A DNA stretch of 64,000 bases from Bacteroidota bacterium. Its GTDB lineage: Bacteria > Bacteroidota > Bacteroidia > UKL13-3. The notes below the pieces were generated by a model. It did no database searches. It was not told where the DNA came from and saw only the letters and a program-made list of their open reading frames with translations. Of the stretch, positions 1 through 11,400 are shown piece by piece; within the stretch, counting starts at the first letter, position 1, and every line of letters begins with the position of its first letter. Location: positions 17,884 through 81,883 of the forward strand of contig CANGPW010000001.1 of assembly GCA_947456185.1 (NCBI GenBank), given 5' to 3'. The position numbers and the translations under genes are program-made.

Positions 1-65
1 ATTTAACCCATTCCTCGTGAATATTTGGTTCTAAATTAATGGTTACGTTATATACTATCATTTTT

Positions 66-1895
66 TTAATTGATTAAATCGCCTCTTAATTGGCGGTATC
101 TTTTTCTTACTTCATTGATAAAAATACTGCTTCCGTAATTTTCAATAAATTTCTCGTATTGCTTTTTTGTTTCTTCGTTATTGTTTAAATTTTTATCGTA
201 AATAATTGCTAAATTGAGCAATGCATTGTCACCCAAAATATCGCTTCCATGTTCATTGATAACAATATTATATTGAATAATGGCTTCATTAAATTTCTTT
301 TGTTTGGTGTAAACCTGCGCTTTTTTAAATGCAATGTCATCACTTAAAGCATGTTTTGGAAACAATATTACAATGGAATCTAATAATTGAAATGCCTCTG
401 CGAACTTGTTTTGCTGATAATCTAAATCGGCTTTTGCAAATAGCTTGAGCGCATCTTCGATTGAATCCAAAGTATTGTCCTGTATTAATAATGAAAGTTC
501 CAGTGCATTATTGGCTATCAATTGCGTGGTGGCAGTTTTCAAAATGTCTAATTGGGCTTTTGCCCATTCAAATTCACCTAAATAAAAACTCAATTTTGCA
601 TTTCTAAACTTGGCTTCTTGGCCAAATGGATGTTCCAAAAACTCCTTGTCTACTTGTCCGTAAAGCAGCATTGCATCCCATTCTTGTCCTTTTATTACAT
701 ATAAATCGCCTAAGTCTAGTTTGCATTCAGCTTTAAAAAAATTATCAGTTCCTGGTAACGCTATAATATTATTATAAATGTCAATTGCCTTATTAATATC
801 GTTTAAATAATAAGCATATAACTTACCCAAATCGCGCATACTTTGAGCCGTATAATTTGTTTTTCCGTTTTCTGCTAAAAATGAAATATAGGTTTTTTCT
901 AAATTTTCTAAATCAAGCAAACTGAGGTTCGAATTACTCAATAATTTTTTATTGCTGGCTTCCAAAATTCCAAGTTTTGCAGATAAATAATAAGCTTTGG
1001 TATTCCCTAAAATTACAACTTCATTGAACAAGCGAATGGCGGCATCATATTTTTCATTGCTAATGGCCAAATAACCCAAATCCATCATTTTTCGGCCTTC
1101 TTCTTTTAAGCGTTTGTCTATTGCTTTTGCTTGAATTAAGGCATTATCAAAGTCTTTTCGTTGCACATAAAACCAAATTAACATTTCGTAAAAAACATCG
1201 GTATTTGGATTGCTTTTTATTTTACGAATCAATGAATTTTTCAGTAACTCAAAGTCTGAATTTTGTTGAATATTATTTTGTAACAATCCTTGAACTTCTT
1301 CTCTAATTATTGTGCTTTGCTCTACACTTCCCAAATATTCATCAATCATTAATTGGGTTTGTTTGGTTTTGGCATAAAGAGCTGCTAATTCATTATTAAA
1401 AACACTGATATAGCCCAATAATTTTCGTCCATTGATATAGCTTTTTATAGCATATTCTGTTTCATTGCGTTTTTCAAAAGCGTTGGAAGCCTCGTTTATT
1501 TTATCCTGATTAGGAATGGTTTTTTTTATAACTTCATCAAACTGCTTAATGGCTTTTTCCGACTTGTTGCTTAATTTATTAATGTATCCAATATCTACCA
1601 TGTAATAAGCAGAATTTAACTTTCGGTACATTTTTTTACATAAACTTTCAGCATCATCAAAGCGTTTTAGCTTAATGTACGACTGCAATAAATTATCGTA
1701 AAAGTAAAAAGACGTAAGGTTTTTATTGAGTAGTTTTTCATACAAATCAGCGGCTTTATCGTACTCCGCATTAGAGAAAAATTGAGCAGCTAATTTCTCT
1801 TCGTTGTTTTGTGCAACCATGTCATTGCCAAAGGCAAAAAACAACAGAAAAAGTATGAATTTATAAGCGAATTTCATTTTTATTTTCAATAGCAA
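66..1895 (-). CDS. TPR-repeat protein, secreted; true start probably the internal Met at MKFAYKF (~1877)
   Basis: 609-aa ORF with a hydrophobic signal-like N-terminus (FILFLLFFAFG...AQ) followed by multiple 34-aa TPR-like repeats. Confidence 0.6.
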   Translation of the reverse strand: MLLKIKMKFAYKFILFLLFFAFGNDMVAQNNEEKLAAQFFSNAEYDKAADLYEKLLNKNLTSFYFYDNLLQSYIKLKRFDDAESLCKKMYRKLNSAYYMVDIGYINKLSNKSEKAIKQFDEVIKKTIPNQDKINEASNAFEKRNETEYAIKSYINGRKLLGYISVFNNELAALYAKTKQTQLMIDEYLGSVEQSTIIREEVQGLLQNNIQQNSDFELLKNSLIRKIKSNPNTDVFYEMLIWFYVQRKDFDNALIQAKAIDKRLKEEGRKMMDLGYLAISNEKYDAAIRLFNEVVILGNTKAYYLSAKLGILEASNKKLLSNSNLSLLDLENLEKTYISFLAENGKTNYTAQSMRDLGKLYAYYLNDINKAIDIYNNIIALPGTDNFFKAECKLDLGDLYVIKGQEWDAMLLYGQVDKEFLEHPFGQEAKFRNAKLSFYLGEFEWAKAQLDILKTATTQLIANNALELSLLIQDNTLDSIEDALKLFAKADLDYQQNKFAEAFQLLDSIVILFPKHALSDDIAFKKAQVYTKQKKFNEAIIQYNIVINEHGSDILGDNALLNLAIIYDKNLNNNEETKKQYEKFIENYGSSIFINEVRKRYRQLRGDLIN

Positions 1896-1904
1896 ATAAA
1901 GGTT

Positions 1905-2510
1905 TTATTTCTTAATTTTACTTGGATTATTACTTACAAAACTATCCCAACTGGTGGCTTTCTTTTTTGTAGGAATTTTTGCTTTGGTTTTTGCAGTAGC
2001 AATGCCTAAATTTTTTTGCATATAATGGCAATATGCTGCTGCCAATCCATCGGTGGCATCTAAAAATTTAGAGTCGTGTTGGAACTTTAAAATATGCTGT
2101 AACATGCCCGAAACTTGTTCTTTAGTAGCATTTCCATTTCCCGTAATTGATTGTTTGATTTTCTTTGGAGCATATTCATTTACTGCTAGTTCACGGCTCA
2201 TAGCGCCAGCAATAGCAACACCTTGCGCTCTTCCTAGTTTTAACATCGACTGAACATTTTTACCATAAAAAGGTGATTCAATGGCTAATTCGTCTGGTTT
2301 AAACTCATCAATTAACCCAACTGTTCGCTCAAATATTTTCTTTAATTTCATGGCATAATCATCATATTTTTCTAAGTGCAAAACGCCTAAAGTAATTAAT
2401 GAAACTTGCTTTTTAGTAATTCCAATGATTCCATAACCCATTACCATAGTTCCAGGATCTATTCCTAAAATAATGCGGTCAAATTCTTTTATTGCTGGTA
2501 AAATTTCCAA
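1905..2510 (-). CDS. ruvC: Crossover junction endodeoxyribonuclease RuvC; start uncertain, the longest ORF extends to 2558 via TTG
   Basis: RIILGIDPGTMVMGYGII N-terminal RuvC signature; catalytic acidic residues; no ATG upstream of the ILGIDPG motif, so a TTG at 2508-2510 is proposed. Confidence 0.8.
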   Translation of the reverse strand: MEILPAIKEFDRIILGIDPGTMVMGYGIIGITKKQVSLITLGVLHLEKYDDYAMKLKKIFERTVGLIDEFKPDELAIESPFYGKNVQSMLKLGRAQGVAIAGAMSRELAVNEYAPKKIKQSITGNGNATKEQVSGMLQHILKFQHDSKFLDATDGLAAAYCHYMQKNLGIATAKTKAKIPTKKKATSWDSFVSNNPSKIKK

Positions 2511-2511
2511 G

Positions 2512-3021
2512 TTAATTTGGTTCAAAAAACAAGTATGAAAAAATAACAATGGTACCAATAATTCGTAATGCCGATGTAATTAAATAATTATTGGTAAATT
2601 CCATCGGAAAATTAGCTTTCAAAAGTTTGTTGTAGTTAATATTCATTGGAATTGCCAACGATAAAACATTGCTTAAAGCAAAACCCAATAATGCTAAACG
2701 TATAGCTATTAAATCCATTAAAATTATAATGATAAAAATGACCATGGTTCCCAAACTGATGTATAAATTTAAATTGTTGCGTTTGCCAAAAAGGCCAATT
2801 AATATTGCTTTGTGTTCGCTGTTAAGTTTTTCAATAAATTTTTGTTGCCAAACTCGTGCAACCAACATAATAGCAAATCCTGATAATAGATAAAATATAA
2901 AATCCATTTTTGTTTTTAAAAACTCAAATATAATTTTAAAACAAAAGCAAACCAATAAAATTATATAAATTGCAAAGCTTAAAGGCAAAATATTGGCTTG
3001 AAACAGTTTTGGAAAACACAT
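2512..3021 (-). CDS. Hypothetical small integral membrane protein; may start at an internal Met ~2907
   Basis: Three to four strongly hydrophobic helices; 5' end overlaps the divergent 2998 gene, suggesting an over-called N-terminus. Confidence 0.35.
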   Translation of the reverse strand: MCFPKLFQANILPLSFAIYIILLVCFCFKIIFEFLKTKMDFIFYLLSGFAIMLVARVWQQKFIEKLNSEHKAILIGLFGKRNNLNLYISLGTMVIFIIIILMDLIAIRLALLGFALSNVLSLAIPMNINYNKLLKANFPMEFTNNYLITSALRIIGTIVIFSYLFFEPN

Positions 3022-3978
3022 AAAAAATGGATTACGTATTTAAAACTTGCTTTAGCAGTTTTTACCATTGCGTTTATACTTTATAAATTATTGGTTGCTT
3101 ATCAAATAGATAAAAAATTTATTCAGTTTCATTTCAACTTTTCATTCCAAAATTCTTTGTTGCTGTTGCTGGCTATAATGCTCCTTTTTGCAAACTGGGG
3201 ATTAGAAACCGCTAAATGGCATTTACTCATTAACCAATTTGAAAAAATAAGTTTTCGTAACTCCTTAAAAGCGGTTTTGTCAGGAGTTACTCTAAGCATT
3301 ATTACGCCCAATCAATTGGGCGATTTTGCTGGAAGAGTCATTCACTTGCAAACTTTAAACAAAATAAAAGGCTCGTTAATTACCGTTATTGGACATACTG
3401 CGCAGGTTTTAGTTACCGCTATTTTTGGAATGTACGCACTTTTGGCATTTACCGCTAAAGCCGATTATTACGTTTATATTTATTGGAAGCAAATAGCTTT
3501 TGCGTTTTTTATCATGCATGTTTTTGCAGTTATTGGATATATTCGAATCGATTTATTGTATCATATTTTAAGTAGAACAAGGTTTTTCAATAAAATTGAA
3601 AAATACATCATTGTTTTTAAATCTTACTCCAAAAAGCAATTAACAAAAGTTTTATTTTTTTCTATCATTCGTTACACCGTTTTTATGGTTCAATACATGT
3701 TGTTATTGCAATTTTTTGGTGTTCATATTGGCTTAGTAAATAGTTTTATAGGTGTTGTTGCGGTGTTTTGTATTCAATCTGTGGTGCCAAGTTTTATTCT
3801 GTTAGATATTGGTTTGCGTGGTGCTGCCGCAATTTTTGTTTTTGAGGAACTCAGCAATTTTGATAAAAGCATTGAATTAGGTGTTTTGCTTGCAGCATAT
3901 TCACTATGGATTATCAACATGATGGTTCCCTCGCTTTTAGGTCTAATTTTTATTTTAAAGCATCGTTTTTCTAAATGA
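2998..3978 (+). CDS. Flippase-like polytopic membrane protein (lysyl-phosphatidylglycerol-synthase TM-region / UPF0104-like family)
   Basis: 326 aa, about 8 TM helices, TTG start; stop overlaps the downstream GT2 start (ATGA at 3975-3978), as in this conserved family pair. Confidence 0.5.
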   Translation: MKQFWKTHKKWITYLKLALAVFTIAFILYKLLVAYQIDKKFIQFHFNFSFQNSLLLLLAIMLLFANWGLETAKWHLLINQFEKISFRNSLKAVLSGVTLSIITPNQLGDFAGRVIHLQTLNKIKGSLITVIGHTAQVLVTAIFGMYALLAFTAKADYYVYIYWKQIAFAFFIMHVFAVIGYIRIDLLYHILSRTRFFNKIEKYIIVFKSYSKKQLTKVLFFSIIRYTVFMVQYMLLLQFFGVHIGLVNSFIGVVAVFCIQSVVPSFILLDIGLRGAAAIFVFEELSNFDKSIELGVLLAAYSLWIINMMVPSLLGLIFILKHRFSK

Positions 3979-5105
3979 TATTTTGGGTTTATTTTTCATA
4001 TGCATTAACTGCTGGTTATTTTATGTTAATCGCCTTTTTCTATGTTGGATTATTAGCAATTATATACCGAACAAAAAAGTCGGAAACAATAGTAAAAACA
4101 AGTGTTTTAAACACTTTTTCTATTGTTATTGCTGCTCGCAATGAAGAACATTTTATAGGTAAATGTTTGGCATCAATTATCAATCAAAATTTTGATCAAA
4201 CCAAGTTTGAAATCATTGTAATTAATGACCATTCAACCGACAAAACTTTAGCGCTTGTAAATCAGTTCAAAATTCAGCATTCAGCATTCCAAATTTCAAT
4301 CATTGACTTAGCAAATTTTGAAAATATTAACAACAAAAAACAAGCCATTACCAAAGGAATTAATGATGCCATTTTTGATTATATTATTTTAACTGATGCC
4401 GATTGTGTTCGAGGAAATTTATGGTTGCAAAGCATCAATGATTTTATAAATATTTCAGCTTCAAAATTAATATATGCTCCAGTAGAGTTTAAAGCTAAAA
4501 ATATATTTGAAAAACTACAAGCATTAGAGTTTGCAGGCTTAGTAGGAGTTGGGGCTGCCGCCATGGAATTAAAAAATCCAAACATGTGTAGCGCTGCAAA
4601 TTTAATATTTGAAAAACAAGTGTTTTTTGAGGTAAATGGCTATACCGATAATGAACATATTATGACTGGTGATGATGAGTTTTTAATGCATAAAATATTT
4701 AAAAAATATCCGAATCAAGTAAAGTTTTTATTTGATAAAAATGCCATTGTGGAAACTGGTGCAAACGGAACTTTGGCACAGTTAACTGAACAGCGAAAAC
4801 GTTGGGTAAGTAAAAGTACTAAATATGAAAACAGATACATTACTTTAATATTGGTGATGGCTTATTTTTATAATGTGAGCATGGTTTTAAACGTATTTAT
4901 AGACTTGCAATTGGCATTCAATCAATTGCTTTTTAAAATGTTTATAGAAGGTTTGTTTTTATTTACCATGCTTAAATTTTATAATAAAAAAACGTTTATT
5001 TTATTACTTCCTATTGCCGAAATATTTCATATTATTTATGTAATAATTATTGGTATTTGGGCTAATTTTGCAACTTATAAATGGAAAGAAAGAACCCATC
5101 ACTAA
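3975..5105 (+). CDS. Family 2 glycosyltransferase (GT-A fold) with C-terminal TM segments
   Basis: FSIVIAARNEEHFIGKCLASIINQNF...FEIIVINDHSTDKT (GT2 N-terminal motif); DxD-like TDAD; C-terminal hydrophobic helices. Confidence 0.8.
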   Translation: MIFWVYFSYALTAGYFMLIAFFYVGLLAIIYRTKKSETIVKTSVLNTFSIVIAARNEEHFIGKCLASIINQNFDQTKFEIIVINDHSTDKTLALVNQFKIQHSAFQISIIDLANFENINNKKQAITKGINDAIFDYIILTDADCVRGNLWLQSINDFINISASKLIYAPVEFKAKNIFEKLQALEFAGLVGVGAAAMELKNPNMCSAANLIFEKQVFFEVNGYTDNEHIMTGDDEFLMHKIFKKYPNQVKFLFDKNAIVETGANGTLAQLTEQRKRWVSKSTKYENRYITLILVMAYFYNVSMVLNVFIDLQLAFNQLLFKMFIEGLFLFTMLKFYNKKTFILLLPIAEIFHIIYVIIIGIWANFATYKWKERTHH

Positions 5106-5109
5106 CAAT

Positions 5110-5385
5110 ATGAATTACGAATTAAGCGAGATAGATTACGACATTTTAGATATTTTATACTTTGTAGAACCCTTTGAAAAAATACTAGAAGAAGTAGCTG
5201 CTCCACCCAAAATAGTAGCAGATTGCTTAAAGCATTTGATTGCTAAAAAATATGTGGTTGCCATGCGTTTTGACGAGGAAAAACAAGATTATTTGAAAAG
5301 CTTTATTTATGATGCTGACGATATGTATGCATATAGATATTTAGCCACCAAAGATGGCATGCTAGCGCACAACGGAAGACTTTAA
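5110..5385 (+). CDS. Small hypothetical protein (91 aa from MNYELSEIDYD...), likely operonic with the GT2 gene
   Basis: ATG 5 nt after the GT2 stop; acidic and helical composition; no recognisable family. Confidence 0.35.
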   Translation: MNYELSEIDYDILDILYFVEPFEKILEEVAAPPKIVADCLKHLIAKKYVVAMRFDEEKQDYLKSFIYDADDMYAYRYLATKDGMLAHNGRL

Positions 5386-5424
5386 AGACTTTATATATTT
5401 TTTTCTCTGATTTTTTGAAACAAA

Positions 5425-6744
5425 CTAAAAGCTAATTTTCAAAACACTTTTCGAATCGTTTCCTAGCTTATAATCGTTACTAATTTGATAGGGAATTAAC
5501 GCTACAATTTCGTTGGTTTTTTTACTTACTAAAACCATGCATTTTTGCTTCTCAAAACCATTAATTTTTTTATCAATTAAATAATCGCTCACAAGCTTAT
5601 TTCCATTCATTCCAAGTGGCTTGAAGCGGTCGCCTTGCTGCCAAGTTTGAATAATAAATTCATTGCCAGTTTTTTCTATGTTTAGGTATAAAAAATCTTT
5701 TGAAAAAATACTTAGTTTTTCATTCATTGTTTCAAAGCTAATTTCACCCATGGGTGTGTTCATTTTTTGAATGGTATTATCAATCAATAATGTTTGATGA
5801 AATTCTTCTGTTTTTCGTTCAAGAATAATAATAAATTCTCGATCAATTAATGCTTCGTGGGTTTCACTTTCAAATATAATTCCACTGTTATTCTCATGGT
5901 TTTCTATCATGTTTAAAATAGCAGTTTCATTCATATTGTATTCACTCAAAATATTGAAAAGTAAGCTAGTTACAGCCGCATGTTGCATAATTTCAAGGTT
6001 TATATAAACTAAGTTATTGCTGGTTTTTACAAATTGGCTTTTCAGTTCATTGATTCTTTCATTGAGCAATATTTCATCAGCACTAATTTTTTTGCTTAGC
6101 GAATAAAAATTATTCACTGCATTGGAATTTAATTCTTCTAGTTTTGGAATCACTAAATGCCTTATTTTATTTCGCCAATAATCGTCTTTTTTATTGCTAC
6201 TGTCTTCCCTAAAATCAATATTATGTTCATTGGCATAATGAGTAATTTCAGCTTTATTGCTAAATAATAATGGCCTTATAATGTTATTTTTTTTGGGTAA
6301 AATTCCGTGCAAACCACTCATTCCCGTTCCTCGTGTTATATTAATGAGCATGGTTTCAGCTACATCGTTTTGGTGGTGTGCGGTGGCAATATATTGGCAA
6401 TTATTTTCCAACGCAATTTTATTAAACCAGTCATACCTTAATTGGCGAGCAGCCATTTGAATTGAAATTTTATTTTCTTCAGCAAATGATTTTGTATTGA
6501 ATTTTATGGTAAAATATTCAATATTATTTTTTTGACAGGTGTCAAAAACCAGCTTTTCATCTCCATCACTTTCATTGCTCCGCAACCCAAAATTACAATG
6601 TGCCACAGCAATTTTAGTGTTTGATTTTATAAATAAATCAAGCATTACCATTGAATCTATTCCACCACTGATGGTCAACAAAACTTTATCGGAATTTTGA
6701 AATAATTGGTTGCTTTCTATAAATTTTTTGAACGAAATTAGCAT
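5425..6744 (-). CDS. tilS: tRNA(Ile)-lysidine synthetase TilS
   Basis: PP-loop motif LLTISGGIDSMVM, AHCNFGLR, ATAHHQNDVAETMLINITRGTG; ATG at 6742-6744 (the longer ORF starts with TTG at 6750). Confidence 0.85.
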   Translation of the reverse strand: MLISFKKFIESNQLFQNSDKVLLTISGGIDSMVMLDLFIKSNTKIAVAHCNFGLRSNESDGDEKLVFDTCQKNNIEYFTIKFNTKSFAEENKISIQMAARQLRYDWFNKIALENNCQYIATAHHQNDVAETMLINITRGTGMSGLHGILPKKNNIIRPLLFSNKAEITHYANEHNIDFREDSSNKKDDYWRNKIRHLVIPKLEELNSNAVNNFYSLSKKISADEILLNERINELKSQFVKTSNNLVYINLEIMQHAAVTSLLFNILSEYNMNETAILNMIENHENNSGIIFESETHEALIDREFIIILERKTEEFHQTLLIDNTIQKMNTPMGEISFETMNEKLSIFSKDFLYLNIEKTGNEFIIQTWQQGDRFKPLGMNGNKLVSDYLIDKKINGFEKQKCMVLVSKKTNEIVALIPYQISNDYKLGNDSKSVLKISF

Positions 6745-6848
6745 TGACAAAAATAACTTGTAATAATTTATGGTGTAATTTTACAAATAATTTTGCATTA
6801 AATAACATTATATGTATGCTGTAATTAAAAATTTAATAGTTTTGACCC

Positions 6849-8369
6849 ATGCAATATTTTGCCAAAAGATTTAAATACCTCATTGTTTTTATAACATTAG
6901 TTCAAGTAGTAAATGCTCAACAAAAAAGTAGAGTAGAGATTTTAGGTGCCGATTTATTTGAGGGTCAAGTTACGCAGTTTGGCAATTCCAAAAAATTAAT
7001 TGGGAATGTAAAATTAAAACAAGAAAACACATTGATGTATTGCGATTCTGCCATTTTATATGATGATTCAAATACGGTAAAAGCTTATAGCAATGTTAGA
7101 ATTAATCATAACGACAGCATTCGTATGGAAGGAGATTACCTGAAATATGAAGGAAATTCAAAACAAGCATACATGGAAGGAAATGTGAAAATGTATGATA
7201 AATCAATGACTTTAACCACCAATCAACTTAATTTTGACATGGAAAACAATGTTGGTTTTTATTTAAATAATGCAACGATTATAAGTGATAAAAATAATTT
7301 GAAAAGCCAGTTTGGATATTATTACAGTAGAACTCGAAACTTTTTTTTCAAAAAAAATGTGGTATTAATTAATCCTGAATATACCATGAAAAGCGATACG
7401 CTGATGTATAATACCATTTCCAAAACTTCTTATTTTTATGGTTCAACTGTAATTGAAGGAAAAAAAGATAAAATAACTTGTGAAAATGGTTGGTACGATA
7501 CCAAAAAAGAAGTGAGTCAGTTTAGTAAAAATGCAGTACTTTATACTGAAAATAAAATGCTAAAAGCGGATAGTTTATTTTATGACAGAAAAAATAATAT
7601 TGGAAAAGCATTTAATAACATTGAATTGTATGATTCTATTCAAAAAATAAAATTGTATGGAAATTATGGAATTACCAATGGTAAAACCAAAAAAACCTTT
7701 GTTACACAAAATCCATATGCATTAATGATAATGGACCAAAACGACAGTTTGTTTTTATATGCCGACAGTATTTTTTTGTTACAAGCTGATAAAAAATTAA
7801 AACAAAAAGAAGCCATAAAAGCATACCATAAAGTGAAAATTTTCAAGTCGGATATTCAAGGTGTTTGCGATAGTTTAATTTACATAAAATCTGATTCAAC
7901 TTTATCTATGTTTTCTTCACCAATTATTTGGAACGGAGTGAATCAAATTACGGCAGATACTATTCTATTTTATGTTAATAATAATAAGCTGGATTCCCTT
8001 GATTTACGTAGTAATTCTTTCTTAATTTCTAATGAAAAAGGCCCTCATTATAACCAAGTAAAAGGTAAAAACATGAAGGGTTATTTAGACAGTTCAAACA
8101 TCAAATATTTGCGTGTTTATGGCAACGGACAAAGTATATATTATGCCAAAGAAGACAGTGTAAATTACATTGGAATTAACAAAGTTGATTGCAGTGAAAT
8201 GGAATTTTATTTTATAAATAAAAAAATAAGTAAAGGTGTTTTTATTACAAATCCTGAAGGTTTATTTTACCCATTAGATGAACTAAAATCTGAAGAATTA
8301 AGACTAAGAGGGTTTGTTTGGCGAGAAAAGGAAAAGCCACAAAAGGTTTATTATCAATACAAAAAATAA
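6849..8369 (+). CDS. OstA-like (LptA/OstA N-terminal domain) periplasmic protein
   Basis: Signal peptide (VVNAQQ); repeated beta-jellyroll OstA-like segments (MYCDSAILYDDSNTVKAYSNVRINHNDSIRMEGDYLKYEG...). Confidence 0.55.
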   Translation: MQYFAKRFKYLIVFITLVQVVNAQQKSRVEILGADLFEGQVTQFGNSKKLIGNVKLKQENTLMYCDSAILYDDSNTVKAYSNVRINHNDSIRMEGDYLKYEGNSKQAYMEGNVKMYDKSMTLTTNQLNFDMENNVGFYLNNATIISDKNNLKSQFGYYYSRTRNFFFKKNVVLINPEYTMKSDTLMYNTISKTSYFYGSTVIEGKKDKITCENGWYDTKKEVSQFSKNAVLYTENKMLKADSLFYDRKNNIGKAFNNIELYDSIQKIKLYGNYGITNGKTKKTFVTQNPYALMIMDQNDSLFLYADSIFLLQADKKLKQKEAIKAYHKVKIFKSDIQGVCDSLIYIKSDSTLSMFSSPIIWNGVNQITADTILFYVNNNKLDSLDLRSNSFLISNEKGPHYNQVKGKNMKGYLDSSNIKYLRVYGNGQSIYYAKEDSVNYIGINKVDCSEMEFYFINKKISKGVFITNPEGLFYPLDELKSEELRLRGFVWREKEKPQKVYYQYKK

Positions 8370-8466
8370 AAAAATGTTAATTTGTTGTGCAAATGTTTGC
8401 TTTTTCAAACTAAATATCTATTTTAGCTAACTCAAATATATTAAAAATTTAACAAAAAAAGAATAT

Positions 8467-11400
8467 ATGAAATCAAATCTTACTAATTTTTACGCTAAAC
8501 TAAGTTTATACTTAGTTGTATTTATTGGGCTAACTGCAAGTAGTGCTTTTGCCCAGGGTTTTGCCGGAGGTAAAACTTATGTTGTAAACGGTCAAGCCGA
8601 TTTAGTTGCGCCCGTAGATACATTTGCTAACCTTTCAGGTGCTGGAAATACAGGTGCCATTACTTATTTAAATACGAATGGTATTGATGTTACACAAGCT
8701 ACTGGCTTAGTAACAATTTTATTAGCATCAGGTTATTCTGGTGTTGAGCCTACTGCAATTCAAGTTGGACAGACAAATGGCTCTGGATACCCCAATATGA
8801 GTTCAACTAGACCCATTGTTTTAAAACCAGCTGCTGGTTTAAACTTTGTCATTTCTTCAACAGCTATAATAGCTGCAAATGGTAGTTTATTTAGAGTTTT
8901 TGGAAGTACCGATTTTACAATAGATGGAAGTGGAACATCAGGACAAAGAAATATAACGTTTAACATGGCAACTTCAAATGCTACAACTGCTAAAGTTATT
9001 GACTTTATTCCTGCCTCAGCAAACAGATTAAGAAATGTTGGAATAAAAAATTGTATTATTGTTGGTAATTCAGTTGGAACTACTATTAATACATACGCAG
9101 GTATTTATTTTGGTGGTATATCTTCAAACACTGCACCAGCTTTATTAGGAACAAACTATAATATAAGTTACGTAAATAATTTAATTATGGCAGTTCAAAA
9201 TGGTATTTCTCATAGAGGATTTGCTACAATTACTACTTTATTCCCCTCACAAGATACAGGAGTTAATATAATTAACAATATAATTGGTAATTATAATAAT
9301 CCAATAAATGCAGCAAATTCTGCTTGCATTGGTGGAACAACTTCCAATCTTGCAGGTATTTATTTAAATACAGTTGCTAATTCTACAATTTCAGGTAATA
9401 TTATTAGAAATACTTTGCCATTAAGTGTTTCATCAGTTAATGCTAATTTTTCAGGAATAAGATTAGACGGAACAGGTGGAATTGCATTGGATTCAAATAT
9501 TAGAGTAGTAAAAAATCAAATATATGGCATTTATTCAAATGCGACAAGTCAAGGTGTATCTGGAATTAGAGTAAGTTTAGGGGCAACAACCTCACCAAGA
9601 AATATATTAATAGCAAATAACTCAATTGCAAAAATTGCATCAATAAGTGGTGGATCTTTATATACAACAATGGGAAACTACACTGCTGGTATATTAATAG
9701 ATGTTGCAACTGCAAATGTTGGTTTAGAAGTTTTGTTTAATTCAGTTAATTTAACGGGAGATACAATTGCTTCAAATTCTATTTCAGCGTGTTTTGTAAC
9801 AAGTAGTACTACTTTAGGTGGTATTACCATGATGAATAATTCATATGTAAACAAATTAAGCAGAACAATAGGTGATGGTACCACTACATTTGGTAATATA
9901 GCAGGTTACCAAAACTATGCGGTAATTGTTGCTGGAAATAATGCAAATCCTTTTACTTTCTCAAATTTTAATAATTACTTTGCAAACACATTTGGCGGTG
10001 GGTATGCTTTTGTAGCTGGTTTAAACAGAAATAACCTTTTAACAAATGTCTCAACTTTAAAAAGCTATGTTACTTTTTGTCCTTCAGATACAAATAGCTT
10101 TGCAATAATTCCTCCATCAACTAGTGATACTTTATGGTCAGTAGCAAGTGGCTTTTCTCATAGAACTTATAACAGAGGTTATGCTTTAGCAACTTTAGAT
10201 CAATTTAGTTTTGCAGTTTATAATGCACTAAAAAATAAAATAAGTGATGATATTTTTGGAAATTCGAGAACAGGTTTAGGAAGATTTACTTCCATAGGTT
10301 GTCATCAATGGTTAGGAGATTCAATAGATATTCCTACAGCATTACGTGGAGGAATTACTTATAATATTGATGGTTTTTCTAGTCCTCCCTTAGCTACAAC
10401 TCCTAATACAGGAAGTTTTAAAGATATAGCTGAAGCAATTACCTATTTAAATTCATATGGTATTATTGGAAATCAAAACAATGTTACACTACGTATTTTT
10501 GCTGGTTATGCAAGAGAAACAGGTTGGATTCCAGCAATTATTGATTATCCGGGTTCAGATCCTTCATTAAATGTAATTATTAGACCCAATGTTGGTGTTG
10601 TAGATACTATTTGGGCTCCAAATGCTCCAAACATGGGCAATACATCTGTTTTAAGATTTATGGGTGCAAAAAATGTAATAGTTGATGGCTTAACTAGTTC
10701 AAGTCCAAATGTAAGAAACTTAACATTTATGTTTAGAGGTCAATCTGTAACAAATAATGCACGTGTTATTGGTATTGTGCCTACAGATGTTCCTTGTCAA
10801 AATATTACTATCAAAAATGTAAATATTATAGGTAATACATCAACAACAGCCATAAATACACATTCGGGTATATATTATGGTTACCCTTTAACAAATACAA
10901 TTCCAGCTGGAAATGATACATTAAGAACCATTGCTAATAGCAATATTAGTATTAGCAATAATTTAATTCAAGGTGTAAGAAATGGAATAGTTGTATTAGG
11001 TTCTGCAGCAAATCCAGCAGGTTCCGCGCCAGATTTTAAAGGTACAGCATCAGGAACTCCATCATTTAGAATTGCTAATTTAAAAATTACTGGTAATATT
11101 ATTGGTGGAAACACTTCTCCAAATGGTAGTTTACCTACCACTTTTATAGGTGGTGCTGCTAATCAAGCAGGTATTTACGTTCAAGGTATTGAAGCTACAT
11201 TAATAGATTCTAATATTATTAGAAATACATTACCAGCTACTGCATTATCTAATGGTTTTAGAGGTATTGAAGTCAATGAAGCTTCAACTTTATATCCAAA
11301 TTTTGATGTAACAGTAACTAAAAACTTTATTTATAATTTAGTTACAGTAAGCGGTCAAAGTGCAATTGGAATTAGAACTTATTTTAACGCACCTAATGGA

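Noticed and set aside
1121-4585. Small ORFs 1121..1306 (+), 2053..2253 (+), 2669..2893 (+), 3129..3311 (-), 4379..4585 (-)
   Set aside because: They are antisense or out of frame within well-supported genes (TPR, ruvC, membrane protein, flippase, GT2) and have no independent support.
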